Shown here in pieces: positions 14,115 to 30,463 of a DNA stretch of 64,000 nucleotides. The translations under genes and the position numbers were made by a program. The stretch lies in NCBI RefSeq assembly GCF_009914755.1, contig NC_060930.1; one strand, 5' to 3'. This stretch comes from the human T2T-CHM13v2.0 reference genome, Homo sapiens. The notes under the pieces were generated by a model. The model had not been told where the DNA came from. It did not search any database and worked only from the letters and a program-made list of their open reading frames with translations. How positions within the stretch are numbered: position 1 is the first letter of the stretch; each line of letters opens with the position of its first letter.

Positions 14115-14420
14115 GGCTGGATGCAGTGGCTCATGTTTTTAACCCCAACACTTTGGGAGGCTGAGGCAGACAGATTGCTTGACCCCAGGAGTTCAAGACC
14201 AGCCTGGGCAATATGGTAAAACTCCATTTCTATAAAAAATACAAAAAATTAGCCAGGCATGGTGGCACATACCTGTAGTCCCAGCTACTCGGGAGGCTGA
14301 GGTAGGAGGTTCACTTGAGCCCGGGGAGGTCAAGGCTGCAGTGAGCCATAATCATGCTACTGCACTTCAGCCTGGGTGACAGTGTGAGATCCTGTCCCCA
14401 GCCCACCCCACCCCAAAAAA
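14115..14420 (+). mobile_element. AluJ
   Basis: gattgcttgaccccaggagttc, gaggtcaaggctgcagtgagccat (J-type); eroded tail. Confidence 0.93.
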
Positions 14421-14964
14421 GGACAAGAACCAAATGCTTAACCTTGATTTTATTACATATAAATATTTTGATTTTTTTTCTGGTTATAAAAGTGAAGCAT
14501 GCATATTTGTAGACAACTTGGTAAAGAGCCAAGCGTATAAAGAAAAAAATTTTTTAAAAAACCATTATTCTAAGGAAAATCAGTATTAATATTTTGCTAT
14601 ATTTTTTCTAGTCACTTCTTTGTACATTAAACATATATATAGTTATATATGTATGTACTAAAAATATCCTATATTTGAAATAGTCAATGCTCCTTTGAAA
14701 AATGCACTATTATATATTATTCCCTTTTCCATAATATTTACATTTTTCAGTCACAGAGTATGAATTATTCCCTAATCTAAAGTCATATATATCAATATGA
14801 AATTTAGTTGCTACTAATAATGATGTGATAAACTTATCTCCTATTATTGGACTTCTCCTATATTTTTGCACTGTGATGAGGTGGACAGAAATTTGGCAAG
14901 CAACTAAGCAGCCAGAGCTAAACTGGACTTTTTAGTTGATTTTATAGAGGATGGAAGAGTCAAG

Positions 14965-15580
14965 CATTCATTCATTCAAATAGTTTTTAATAAATACTTT
15001 TTTTAGGCACCATTCTATGGGGGATATTTCAGTAGACAAAACATATAAAAGTCTCTGGCTTCATTAAGCTTGGATCCCAGTGTTGCCATTTATTAAGATA
15101 GAGAAAAGTCAAATAGAAAGTGTTTTGTGGGTTTTAGGTGGGAGGTTGGAGTTGTGAAAAATTCTGCTTCGAACACATTGAGTTTGAGGTGCCCCTGAGG
15201 TATCCAACTGAAGGAGCTCAGAAAATAAGTCTGGGCTAGAGATATTGGTTTGGGACTTGTCAGCATACAGATGGGAATTAATACCATGAGAATAGATATA
15301 ATCATCCAGAGAAAAAGGCTGACCGAGAACTACTGAGAATGTAGGACTTACACCCATGGAGCACCAACATTTTAAAAAGAGATATTTGCAAAGAATATGA
15401 GAAGAGAAAAGAGGGAAATGAGACTCCTAAAGTTATGGAGACAAGGAGCCAAGATGAGGAGTGGGTGTATTGGCAGAAAAAAAAAGAAAAGAAAAGAGAG
15501 AGTGGTAACATTTTTTTGAGAAATCAATAAATATAAAGACTAAGTGCACATTTAGAAACATGAAGTTCATTACTAACAGG
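14965..15580 (-). mobile_element. L2 fragments
   Basis: cattcattcattcaaa is the antisense L2 tail; gagtttgaggtgcccctgagg...ggagctcagaaaataagtctgggctagagat is L2 internal sequence. Confidence 0.7.
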
Positions 15581-16266
15581 GATTAGAAATACAACCCTAC
15601 TCTGAAGGCTATATACTTCTCTGCCATCTTTCCTCCATAGTTCTCACTTCGTTTTAGCCACTTCCTTCTGTGGCCATACCTTGTAATTTGTTCTTTTTGC
15701 TGTGCCGCTCCTGAAATCAGATATTATAGTCTGAGATCATCAGCATCATTTCTCCCATTTCACTCCCTCAAATGCTTCCAATACACAAATGTATTTGACA
15801 TTACACCCCTTGAAGCACCAATCTCTTTTCTTTGTATCCATTAGCATTTTCTGTTCTACAGTCCAACACTCTCCCAAGAACATTGATCAACCTTTACCCA
15901 ATAAACCAGGAATACCTTAGGGGCAATGGTCATGTGACAATACTCTTGCACTTGTGAACAAATGGAAATGGGAGATTCAGCATAAAAACAAGATGCATTC
16001 GTTTAAGACTTTTGTTTTAATAAGTGGGAGATGAGTTTTAGCAATCTCTTAACAGCAAAACCCAGTAGGAGGCACTGCTACAATTCCATAGTGGATTTAA
16101 TTGAATACTGATTAGAAACTCTCAACTCTTTTGTGATGTCCATTAAAAAAAGCCCATCCAAGTACCTGATATTATCACTTATCCAATGAATTCATGTCAT
16201 TTAGAAATTTCCTGGAGGAGACTGGTTGGACCTATGGAAGACAGAATGACTGGGCTAAATGGCTTT

Positions 16267-16620
16267 TGTCTTGGTTTGGGTTCCCTCAAAATCATGGGAT
16301 AAGGGTTCATGTGCAGTGGTTTATTGATATGTGATACCACGGGGGAGGGGGGGCGGTGGGAAACAGTAAGGAAAAAGGGAGTGGAACAGGAAAAGAAAGG
16401 CAGCCAGTTATATGCCAATTAACCCTTTGAGTAACTGGAGCTTAATCCTGCAGGATTCATTGTAGAATATGCGACTCAGAGTTACCTCTACTTCCCACTA
16501 ATCCCCAGGTAGGAGCTGGAGTATTTGTACCTACTAATAATGATCCTCAGTTAGCACAGTGCCCTTGTGGGAAGAAACACAGAAAACCCTCAGGAAGGAA
16601 GTCCTGCGTTACAATATGAA
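16267..16620 (-). mobile_element. LTR16-like (ERVL) LTR
   Basis: tgtcttggtttgggttccctcaaa...gtgcagtggtttattgatatgtgat...gggagtggaacaggaaaag; tttatt is an antisense poly(A) signal. Confidence 0.55.
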
Positions 16621-16999
16621 AGCAGCCTCTGCTCCAGCCTGTTCTGATGCCCTCTTCTCCAAAGATGCCCTGATAGCTCTAACATTCTATCTCCAAGGTA
16701 TAGGATTCTGTAGAAATGTATGGACCCCTACTTGGGGAAAGGATTTTGTTTAAAAATTGTTTTATAGATTTGAAGAATTATATTCAAAGCATTTCTATTT
16801 ATTATTCAGGAGACTCTTTTTTGATTGAATTTCATTTAAATAAACCAGTATGGGAAATGTCTGGTTTGTCTAATCATATAACCCAGTAGAAAGAGATAGT
16901 TCCACAATGCACAGATGGCTCAATAAGCCCTAACTTGAAGGAAAGTTCGATCTTGTTCTCCTAATTTTATTCTTCTTACCTTTCTCCTTAGTCAACATA

Positions 17000-17880
17000 G
17001 GCTGGCTTCATTTCAGCATGCAAATTAATCTCCAAATCCCAATGCCTTACCCACAACAAAGGGTTATTTTTCAATCATACTGTATGTCTACATAGTGGCA
17101 CCATAAACATCTCTGCTCCACATTGTCATTCAAGGACCCAGGCTAACAGAGAGTTCATCTTCTCATAGCTACACCTCATGCAAGAGGCAGCCTCTTTTGT
17201 CACCGCAGTAAGGGAAAGAAGTATGAAGAATGTTGGATATAAAAATGCTCTAGGAATAAATGCTCAGTGACACAAAGTAAAACCAGCACTCAGGCAAAAG
17301 TTTAATTCTCTCAGCAAGGCAATTTACTTCTGCAGAAGGGTGCTACCTGCATTAATCAAGATTGCAAGAGCACAGAGAACAAAGAAGACCAGGGGTTTTT
17401 TATCCTTAATGCAGTCCCTATCTCTGTGTGACTCCCCCATGGGCTGGGGTTGGACCGCACAATCTGAGCTGACCCGATTGGCTACTTGTACATATTTTCC
17501 TAAATATAGAAGGGAAGGGGGACGTGAGGTACAGAGGTGGTGCATGTGAGACATGCAGTTTCGGGGGAACAATGGGTACAGGTAACCAAGGGAACAGATG
17601 TGAGTTATTGATTAGAGCTGATGGGAAGCGGGTAGGCTGTTTATGGTAACTAGGGGCAAGGAAGAATAAGAAAGTTGAGTTTGAGAACAAAGGATAAGGA
17701 AGTTAACTGGCTAAACTCTTTGAATATAAACTCAGAAAGATTTATTGTATCTTACAAGAATCACATGAGTTTTCACTGTCTCAATTCAATAATGACAAAT
17801 CATGTCTGCCCACATTGGCCAGAACTATTTACATTGCAAAACCTAGCTGCAAGGTGCTGAGGAATGTAGGGTACAAAGAG
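17000..17880 (-). mobile_element. MLT1 (K/L-like) LTR split by an LTR10 insertion
   Basis: caacaaagggttattttt...gtcattcaaggacccaggct on the left continues as cacattggccagaacta...cctagctgcaagg...ggaatgtag on the right. Confidence 0.6.
17231..17756 (-). mobile_element. Solo LTR10-family (ERV1/HERV-I) LTR
   Basis: Minus strand begins TGTAAGATACAATAAAT... and ends ...TCCAACA; 4-bp TSD AGAA at 17227-17230 and 17757-17760; internal CCAAT box (plus-strand attgg near 17477). Confidence 0.8.
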
Positions 17881-18164
17881 TATAGATGATAAGCATTATT
17901 GTTTCAGCCATACCTACCAAATAGAAAAGACTTCAAAGATCATCCAGGCCAAAGATTTTCCAGTTGTGCATGCCAGGAGCTCTATTGCTCCCAGCATTCA
18001 TTAGGGATTCTTGAAGGTGAAAAAGTTATTCTGCCCCCTCCCGCATGTTAATCAGAAAAGCTTTTCTTCATTTTTCCCCCATATTGATGTTCCTTATACA
18101 ATTTTGTTTGAAGAAAGGATTTTGTTGCTTTTTTAAAAAAACATACTTTTGGACTACGCCAAAT

Positions 18165-18255
18165 GTAGTCTAACTTTTTCATTTTAAAGGTAAGAAAAAT
18201 AAAGCCCCAGTGATATATCTTTTTTAAGGTCATGCAGCTGGTTAGTAGAAAACGT
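18165..18255 (-). mobile_element. MIR fragment
   Basis: tcattttaaaggtaagaaaaataaagcccc...aaggtcatgcagctggttagtag. Confidence 0.55.
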
Positions 18256-18287
18256 TGTATCAGAACGTTGCTAGGACATTGTCTACG

Positions 18288-18297
18288 ATGACGTCAT
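18288..18297. promoter_or_regulatory. Perfect palindromic CRE (ATGACGTCAT); candidate CREB/CREM/ATF site
   Basis: Exact TGACGTCA in apparently unique, locally CpG-retaining DNA; function is inferred, not shown. Confidence 0.45.
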
Positions 18298-19339
18298 GCC
18301 TCTACAATCTCCTCATTGTTGGGAAAACCTGTTTCTAAGAAGTTTGTCAGGAGTATCTGGAAAAGCTTAAGCCCAATGTGATTTGAAAAAAGAAAAAAAA
18401 ATGAAAGAAGAAAACAATCGAGACAGAGGCACATGGCGGGAGGGAACAAGCTTTGGCAAAGTGAAAAACGGGATAAAGAAGGAGTCAGAGAGAAGCGCAG
18501 GAGGTGTGAAAAGGCTGTGAGCCCAGATGAGAGAGCCACGCTGTCTAGACTCCAGATGTGAGTACATGGTTTCAGTGAGTCCAGCTCTGGACTCTGTAAA
18601 CACTTTCCCCAGATGTCGTGGCTGAGCTACAAATCCTTGGACGGGTGACAGAATTGGCTGTTGTTCTGTTCAGTGTGTGACTGGTCATGCTGCAGGCTGC
18701 TCTGAGGTTACAACACCAGATAACAAGACTGCCTTACAATCAGTCTTGGATGACCTTGAAGAAGTGAGGCATAGCACTGAGCCCTCTTGAGTGCCTCCAG
18801 AGACAAGTCGGTAGAGCCCAGGCTCTCAGGTATAGCCACCCACCCAACCTGGCTGGAGATCAACCTGACCCCCAAAAGGCAAAATAATAGTGAGAAGCTG
18901 AGTAAATAAAGTAGAAATAGGCTACTGTTTGCTAGCAACAGCATTTTGGGTAAATTGCCATATCTTTCTGGGATTCTCTTTCCTCTGAGGGATTTAATCA
19001 AATGGTTTCTAAGTTCCATTTGAACATTGACACTATATAATCCTATAAAATGACACCATGAAGAAAGGATAAACAAGAAAGTCATGTCTCTTCCAAGATT
19101 TTATGATAGAACATAAAAAAGCAAAACATTCTGCTTTGTTAAACAAACTTGGTAAATACTTGGATTTGCTCTCTGCAAGTCAGCAGCCTCCAGAACCTGG
19201 CAATGAGTTGAATGCATGAGAGCTAAGACGGAACAGCTCTGAGGATACAGAAGAGTTCTAGAAAAAGGAAACTATCAAAGGGCTGGCCATAGGCAGTAAT
19301 TTAGAAATCAACAGAATTTATGTTTCTTAGTCTTCCACT

Positions 19340-19952
<613 letters not shown>

Positions 19953-19999
19953 CTAGGCAACCACTTGAGATACGTTGAGGAAGCTGAAAGTAGTGCATA

Positions 20000-20190
20000 T
20001 GGCTCTGCCACTTATTGCCTGTGTCACCATGAGCATGCTATTTAACTTCTCTGTGCCTCAACTTCCTTATCTGGAAAATGGACCAATAATAGGTTGCACA
20101 GAGGATTGTTTTTAACATTAATTGAGATGGTACCTACTACAGAGCCTACCATGTAGGAGGTACCCAAGAAATGATATCAAATTATCATAT
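20000..20190 (+). mobile_element. MIR
   Basis: ggctctgccacttattgcctgtgtcacc...tttaacttctctgtgcctcaacttccttatctggaaaatgg is the MIR core. Confidence 0.8.
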
Positions 20191-20576
20191 TATGGTTTGG
20201 GGTTTAGAAAGAACAACACAAAAGTCAACATGTTGCCCAAGTTTTTAGCTTTAGCACTTGGTTAAATGGTGTTGCCATTCACTCATTTAAGGAATATAGG
20301 AAGAAAAGGCAGATGAGGAAGAAGTAAGTTAGTGAGACAGTAAATTCAATTCTGGATGTATGGAGTTGAAGGCAAATGTGCAAGCAGCAGATGGAGTGTA
20401 CAGTAAGTGGCTTAATATACAAATCCAGAGTAAAGGAGAGAGATCTGGGTGGAAGATGTCAACACATATATGTCAAGCTGACTGTAAGGGGCACAAAAAT
20501 GACGCCTTCCATTTCTCCTTCAGTGTCATATTTTGTCCTTCTGAAAAACTTTTTTTTCTTTGATCCACACCCATAG

Positions 20577-20811
<235 letters not shown>

Positions 20812-21839
20812 TAAATTTTTTTAAGACTGTAAGAAACAGCACCAATAAATAGGTTTTTGAAACCTGACAGTCAAGTGAAGTTGAACTATTGGGCCAACTT
20901 GGCCAAGCCACACAGATAGCCACAGGCTCCTAAGGCATATATATATATACATATATATATATTTTCCCCTAAACATGCATTATTTTCTGAAATGGTAAGG
21001 GTGGTAGATTAATAGGAGCCATCAGACAATATCTGCTGAAGTGAAGACTTTAGATTTTTCCTGACATTTCTTCCTATCCAATAAATCAAATTAGCTACAA
21101 AACATCATCAGTGTAGCAGATCTGCGTGCCTCTTCTTTCTGTTTTTCATTTCAAACTAATATAATATAAAATAATTAATGGCTTTCTAAGCATTTTCCAG
21201 ATCAAAAACACATACATGAGAAAATTGTCATTTTTAAGAGGAAGAAAACAACTTTATTTAACATAAAACTTATTGAAAAATTCAAAGGCTGCCAACTGGG
21301 CAGGAAATTAAGGTGAGGTCTCTGAAAAGTGTCTCTGCTCATCAACAGGAGGGAACAGCAGGAGGCCTGGCGGCTGTTTCCTAGACGCTTTCCACGTGAA
21401 GTCCTCGTTTTGTAAGGCTATAAACTGTCCCAGATAGTATCTCCTTCCCTCCCATCAAGTCTAAAACTACCAAGCCTCGACTCTAGAATTAAATTCTCAT
21501 CCTAGCAGGCCTTCTTTTCTGCCATTTTCTATGCCCTTGGACGTCCTGGAATCCCAAATTCTGGTTTACAATTCACTTTCATTTAACCATTGAGCTCTCT
21601 GTCATAGGTGCTGGGAAATTAGTGGCAAGAGAAAGCTCAGGCTTAGAGAAATATATATATTTTCAAATGGAAATGGGAGTGAGGGATGCAAGAGCCTTTG
21701 AAGATTATTTAATTAATGTTGACTCTGAAATGTAATCCAGCACTCTATCTAGGACAACTCTCCCACCACTCATGATGTAACCCTTATATTGAAGCTGCTG
21801 CTACCATTTCTGCTTTAAAAGGCAGGAGATTTTGTGTTA

Positions 21840-22388
<549 letters not shown>

Positions 22389-22619
22389 TGGTTGTATCTT
22401 TAATACCAGTTTGAAATCAAGCAAATCATTAACAGGACTTTAAAGTTCAATTCGCCCCTCTAAAAAAAAAAAAAAATGCCGAGCCAGATGTTTCTGTGTT
22501 CTGGCATCATTTTATTCATATCTCTGTTTTAGAAATTCTCCACTTTGTCATAATCTGTTCAGGCTTCTGCAGCAAAATACCAGTATAAGGGTCCAATCCA
22601 GAGTGAATGAGGCTAACAT

Positions 22620-24995
<2,376 letters not shown>

Positions 24996-24999
24996 GGCT

Positions 25000-25360
25000 G
25001 ACCTGTATAGATTTATGTAAATGAGTTCCAGTGCCTTCTGGCTTCATGATGGTGCCACAGCAGGGAATCAGGTGGAGTTAGGAAAGTGATGTTCGTGGGT
25101 TTATTCTCCTGGCATCCTCTCCAAGTGGTTGCCTCCAGATGGCTATGTCCGGCTAACAGTTTATTCTGAGTTCTAGTAACTGCACTCTTCCCTCATCTCT
25201 GGGCCTAAAGGTGAACTACCCAGCTGTGACCAGCCCTCGGTTACTGTGCTATCTCTGGTGGTTCCCCCATACTCACATCTTTGTAAGCTGTCATTTTATA
25301 AATAAACCCTCCTCAAATTATGCTGTTTTGAGAGTGCCATCTGTTTTCTGTTGAGACCTA
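25000..25360 (+). mobile_element. LTR33 (ERVL) LTR
   Basis: gggtttattctcctggc...aataaaccctcctcaaattatgctgttttgagagtgccatctgttttctg resembles the LTR33 3' end. Confidence 0.65.
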
Positions 25361-26679
25361 ATTTAAAAGACTTGTGCTATCTTGGAGAAAGGGAGGGAGA
25401 AAAGTAAGGGTAAAAATGGTGTCACTTTTCTGGTCTCACTGTGATCCGGACATTGGCATAATCTGGATGTGGCAGATGTGCAATTGCTTCTTTTCTTTCC
25501 CAGGACACACTTATGGGTTCTCCAGAGACTCCCTATCCTGGAGGTTCCTCACCACAACCTTGGCCATGGTCAAGGCATCTCTCCTGCAGGTCACCATTTG
25601 GCTACCTTTGACCCCCCTCAGACTCTGTGCTTCTGACAGATGGACAACTTCTCTGCCTTTCAGAGGAGAGAGAAGGAAGAGAAGGAAACATAATCAGATG
25701 GATGCAGAGGGGCATTTCAATGGGGTGTGTAAGATTTTATTTTTATATTTTTTAAAACATGTTTATCAAGATTACAAAATATTAGCATTAATAGTAATGT
25801 GTTGAATTTGGATGGAGAATATAGGGATGTCATATTATTTTAAGTATATTTGCAAACATTTACTACTTAGGAAAATGATAATTTTTGAAAGGAGGTAAGT
25901 GGCAAAGTATATGAGTCTCTCAAACAGGATCTGCAACACAAGGATTGAGCATCTTTCTGTGGCATCCTATTCCCACTCCATCCCATGACTCCACTGATTC
26001 CGCCTTGCAGATTTCAGATTCCAGTATGCTCTGACCATTGCAGCCCAAATATCCCTTGCCAGTTTGCCAAATGAGTCCTTTCCAAGTGTTTTCGGTTGGG
26101 ATCAGGATGGGAATGGAGGAGAGGAAGGTGGGAAAGGATTATAGAATTTCTTTAAAAGTCTGAGCCACAGATTTAGTCACTCTTTAATCTCATAGGTAGT
26201 CCTCCAGCTACTGCTGTCTCTCTTCTCTGCTCTGATTTCTTTTTCCTTAATCTGGTAATCTTCACCACAGCAGCCATTGTTCCTCCCTAGGGAACTTCAA
26301 CTCCTCTTCATTTCCTTATCTCAGCCAAACCACGCCCTACTTCTCTTTAATTTAGGAAAGCCAGAAGCAGTGGGATGTATAAGTGCTGCCTTCAGGCTCC
26401 AATAACAGAATATAGAAATTGTACTAGGAATGTTTGAAGGTTGAATAAAAGGCTACCACCAGGTTGAGAGAAGACAACCTTGTAACAGTTTACATAATTT
26501 GCTCCAAGATTCTTCCGCATTACAGAGACTGTCACGGACTGGAATCATACCTTTAAACTTGGCACCTAATTCTGGGCTGTACCGTCAACAGACTCCAATT
26601 TTCCCTTGACCATCAGTCAGGATCTGTTTGTTTGTACGTATTTGCATCAGATTATATGATATACAGAAGAGTAGAATGT

Positions 26680-26785
26680 TCAAGTATTTCAATTTGCAGA
26701 TAAAGAAATTGAAGTCTCAGTAGAGGCAGGTCAGAGTTTAAGACTTGTGTTTCTCTCTGACTGCAGGTTCAGTGCTTTTTCTAAT
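26680..26785 (-). mobile_element. MIR fragment
   Basis: atttgcagataaagaaattgaagtctcag...tctgactgcaggttcagtgctttt. Confidence 0.55.
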
Positions 26786-28684
26786 TATTGAGTAAGATAT
26801 GTAGATAACTTTAAAAGGATGTCATGATTTTTATAGTTCAAAAGCATAATATCCCTTTAAACTAACGCTGGGAAATGGGGAACCATTGATCCAAGTTATA
26901 CAAACATTTTCACTTGTTAGATTATTAATTTGTCAGAAATTTCTGAGAACCTGTTATCTTCAGACACTGAAGTCCACAGGGGTCATAATAGCTCTTTGAA
27001 GGAGCCATGGTGCATCTGCCCACGATAGGTGAATTTATATAATGGAAGTAGTTATTTTAGTCACTGCCCATAGGTTTAATTTAACCATTTATTTTTATGA
27101 GCACATTGTAATATTCTACCACCCTCTTGGAGGACAATGTTGGTTCAACATCTCGGTGCTCTGATGCTATCTGGGACACCTTCCAGTTGATGGTCTGGTA
27201 GTAAATTTTTGAAGAGTTGGCATTGGCTTCTAAAGTCCTTCCTCTAAAGTAGTCAAATACTTCTTTGTATACAGGTTGGGGATTCCTTGAAAATCAATCA
27301 TGTATGTCACCCTTTCTAGACGCTCAGTAGTTACCAAGAGCATCAAAAGAAAGATGATGCCTGACTGCAGTGCACTGGCCATTACAGAGAAGTAATGTTT
27401 TTCAAACAGTCGCCATTCCTTCCTACCCATGCACTGAAGTAGAGAAAAACAAAACCAACCAACATGCATCCCTAGCAGAGGGTCCTGGACAAATCTTGGG
27501 CTAATGATGGCCAAATTTATGTGTAAACACAAGAGCAGAAAGGAGATTCAGAAACTAAAGAAGGAGAAAGATGCTGAAGAAGAAACTTAGGCCTTTCTTT
27601 TGCCTCTGGAAGGAATACTTACCTATCACTATCACTGTTACACTTACCTATTTTGCCCTCAAAGCTCTACCATATCAAGTGCCTTCCATTTGCATAATAC
27701 TCTTACTTTTGAAGGCACTTGCCAGTGCATTATTGCCATTTGGTTCTCTAGAAATCCCATAACATTGGCAATGAAATTGAGGCTTGTCAAAGGCAGGCAT
27801 ATCTCAATAATAGGACCAAAAGCCTAATCCAAAAGCTTCTGGAACAATGCAGGTAGAAGCTTAGAAAGTTTGAAAGTGAAGTGAAAAGGGAAGACCAGAG
27901 TTGTTCCACTCTTGATACAACACTCTTCTTGTAGAGCCATAATAACCCAGTTTTAGTCTAGACTATGGCATGAGGCAGATATAAGGGAACAGGTACAGAT
28001 GATTTTGGAAAGTAATTCTGAAGATTTAAGAAAAATCATTGCAATACTAATGGTTACTTAAGGTAGTCTTGATAAATAATAAAATTTGGTCCTGATAATG
28101 ACTCAAAAAAGCATCCACATGCATTTCTTCCGTTGATTAACTGATTGAAAGCTGCTTTTAGCAGAGGAGTCTCTAATGAGATATACATTTCAGGCACTGG
28201 AGCTTCCTACCAGACTTGCCAAGGCAAAATGTGTTCAACTTTTTTCTTTACTAAGCATTCAATCTCTGTATCCTAAGAAAACACCCATAGCCCCTGTCTG
28301 ATAGCAATTTGCACAGTGCCCACCTTGCTAGGACTTCTGATCATTAGATCTACAGTCTTTGATGATTTGGCCTGAAGGTCTCTCAAGCTTTTCTTGACTT
28401 TCCACCCCCAATGTCAAGCCATATTCTAGAACATGCTGACCACTCGCTATCATTACTCTTTTTAAATCTCCCATATCTAAATTGGCCTCACATCCCATCC
28501 CCAGCTTTTGTGATTGATACCATATGAGTTAATGATGACATAGCCAGCTATTTCCTGCGAGACTATGGATACTAACCTAATCTTCTTCCTTAGAATTTTT
28601 GGTGATGACTTCTGCAGAAAAGGGAAGGGGGATTAATAAAATGTATTGCACATCACTGTTAAACCATACTCTTGATTAGGTACT

Positions 28685-28820
28685 CTTCACATTTAATCCT
28701 AGCAACAGTTGGTTGGGTTGCCTGTTAATATACCATTTTGCATATGAGGAAACTAAGGCTCACATTGCTTAGTAACTTCTCCTCTGTTGCATGGCTACTA
28801 CTATCAGGTGAGCAGGACTC
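28685..28820 (-). mobile_element. MIR fragment
   Basis: catttaatcctagcaac...ccattttgcatatgaggaaactaaggctca...agtaactt. Confidence 0.75.
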
Positions 28821-30312
28821 ACCAAAGTCAAACCATTGCAGTTTGCTAACATGAACATAGTTTAATCATAAAATAATTATTTCGCACCCTCATGTAACTA
28901 GTGCTTTAAGTTTTGGCTGAAGAATAATAAAAAGAAGGTGCAATTCTCCCACATCTTCGAGTTATGCTGAACACATAATAACATTTACAGGAACAAATTG
29001 GTCCCAGAAGCCTCACAAACAACTCCTCCCTTTCGTTTCACTACCGACTTCAATCTTCTTTCCCAGAGTCTCTGGGTTCAGTGCCTTCTGACCCACTTTG
29101 CCTTGTATTCAGATTAGTATGATCAGTACATTGAGGCCTCATTTTAGTTACAATAATCTCTCCCTGCATTGATAAGTCTGTACTAATGCCTGTGAATGTA
29201 ATTTTCCTTAGACTTTTGCAATAACATAATGTAACCTACATATCACCTTTTTGGGTTCTCTCAAGACTTTTAAGTACTTTAAAATGTAAGAAATATTGGC
29301 TTAAATCTCAAACTCACATAAAATGGGACACCCAGCATCCCAGCTACTATCACTGAGAATTATGTGGAGAAGTTATATTTCTCCTAATTACCTGGTTTTG
29401 CATTCTGCTTCTGTTCTTGGTCTCCACAACTGACTTCTTCAACACTTTCTTCCCTTCCAACTCTCTGTCTTATCACTGGAAAAAGCCGTGATCTATCTTA
29501 TCACTGGAAAATGCCTTCAATTCTCCAAGTACCACTGGCCTAAAGATGAGCGTGCAGCAGGTATTACTGAAGGCCTAGGGCTACACAATGTTGCCACATG
29601 GCAGAACAATCAAGAAAGCTACTTGTTCTTTAAAATCCTTTGCCAATCCTACATCCTTGCTTCTAGGGAATGTTCATTATCGTCCTCATCTTCTTGGCTT
29701 CAACCACGATGTTCTTATCCTCCTTTCCCTACTATGACTTCCTGTCTTTGCCTTTCTATTTTTCTGAAGTTTATATTTCCACAACCAAAATGGCCCCACT
29801 TTCATTAACATAGGGAACATCTGTGCTCTGTCCTTATAGAACCTAGAATCTCTTTTCAAGTATGCATGATATTGTTTGCCAGATGACATTCAAAACTAAG
29901 ACAAGACTATAGTAAATAAGTAGATAACATGTGAATATAAAATAAACTATATTACCAGAAAGAAACTATACATCATAAATAAATGATGCTATATAGAATA
30001 AAGAGAATTTTCATGTGTAATATACAGGGGTTAACATATTTTTAACAAATATTAGAGTATGATTAAAATACCATTTCCACTAAAATTACACCAAATTCTT
30101 TTTGTTTATTCTTGAAAAGCTGTGAAATATTTCAGCATCACAAAGACCTTCTGCTTTATATATGTTGCACTTTGCCATTAGAAGAGTACAAAAAAATGTG
30201 ATATCTAATGAATATCTTTAGATGCTAAAGATCTGATAACAGAAAGTGATAAATGTGCGAGTTAAATATGTATGAAAATGTCAACCAATGACAATCAGTA
30301 TACAAATGAATT

Positions 30313-30463
30313 CAGATGGTTCCCTGTTTACGATGGAGTCACATTACAATAAACCTATCATAAGCCAAAAATATCAGAAGTTGAAGATACATTTAATGCC
30401 TTGATGAACCCATCTTAAATTTGAAAAATTGAAGTCAAACCATGATAAGTCAGGGACTATTTG
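30313..30463. mobile_element. MER47-like (Tigger/TcMar) MITE
   Basis: Imperfect terminal inverted repeats cagatggttccctgtttacgatgg and ccatgataagtcagggactatttg, followed by TA. Confidence 0.7.

Noticed and set aside
17538-17560. Possible p53 response element in LTR10 (two CATG cores)
   Set aside because: The cores are 5 nt apart rather than the 6 required by RRRCWWGYYY x2, and the flanks fit poorly.
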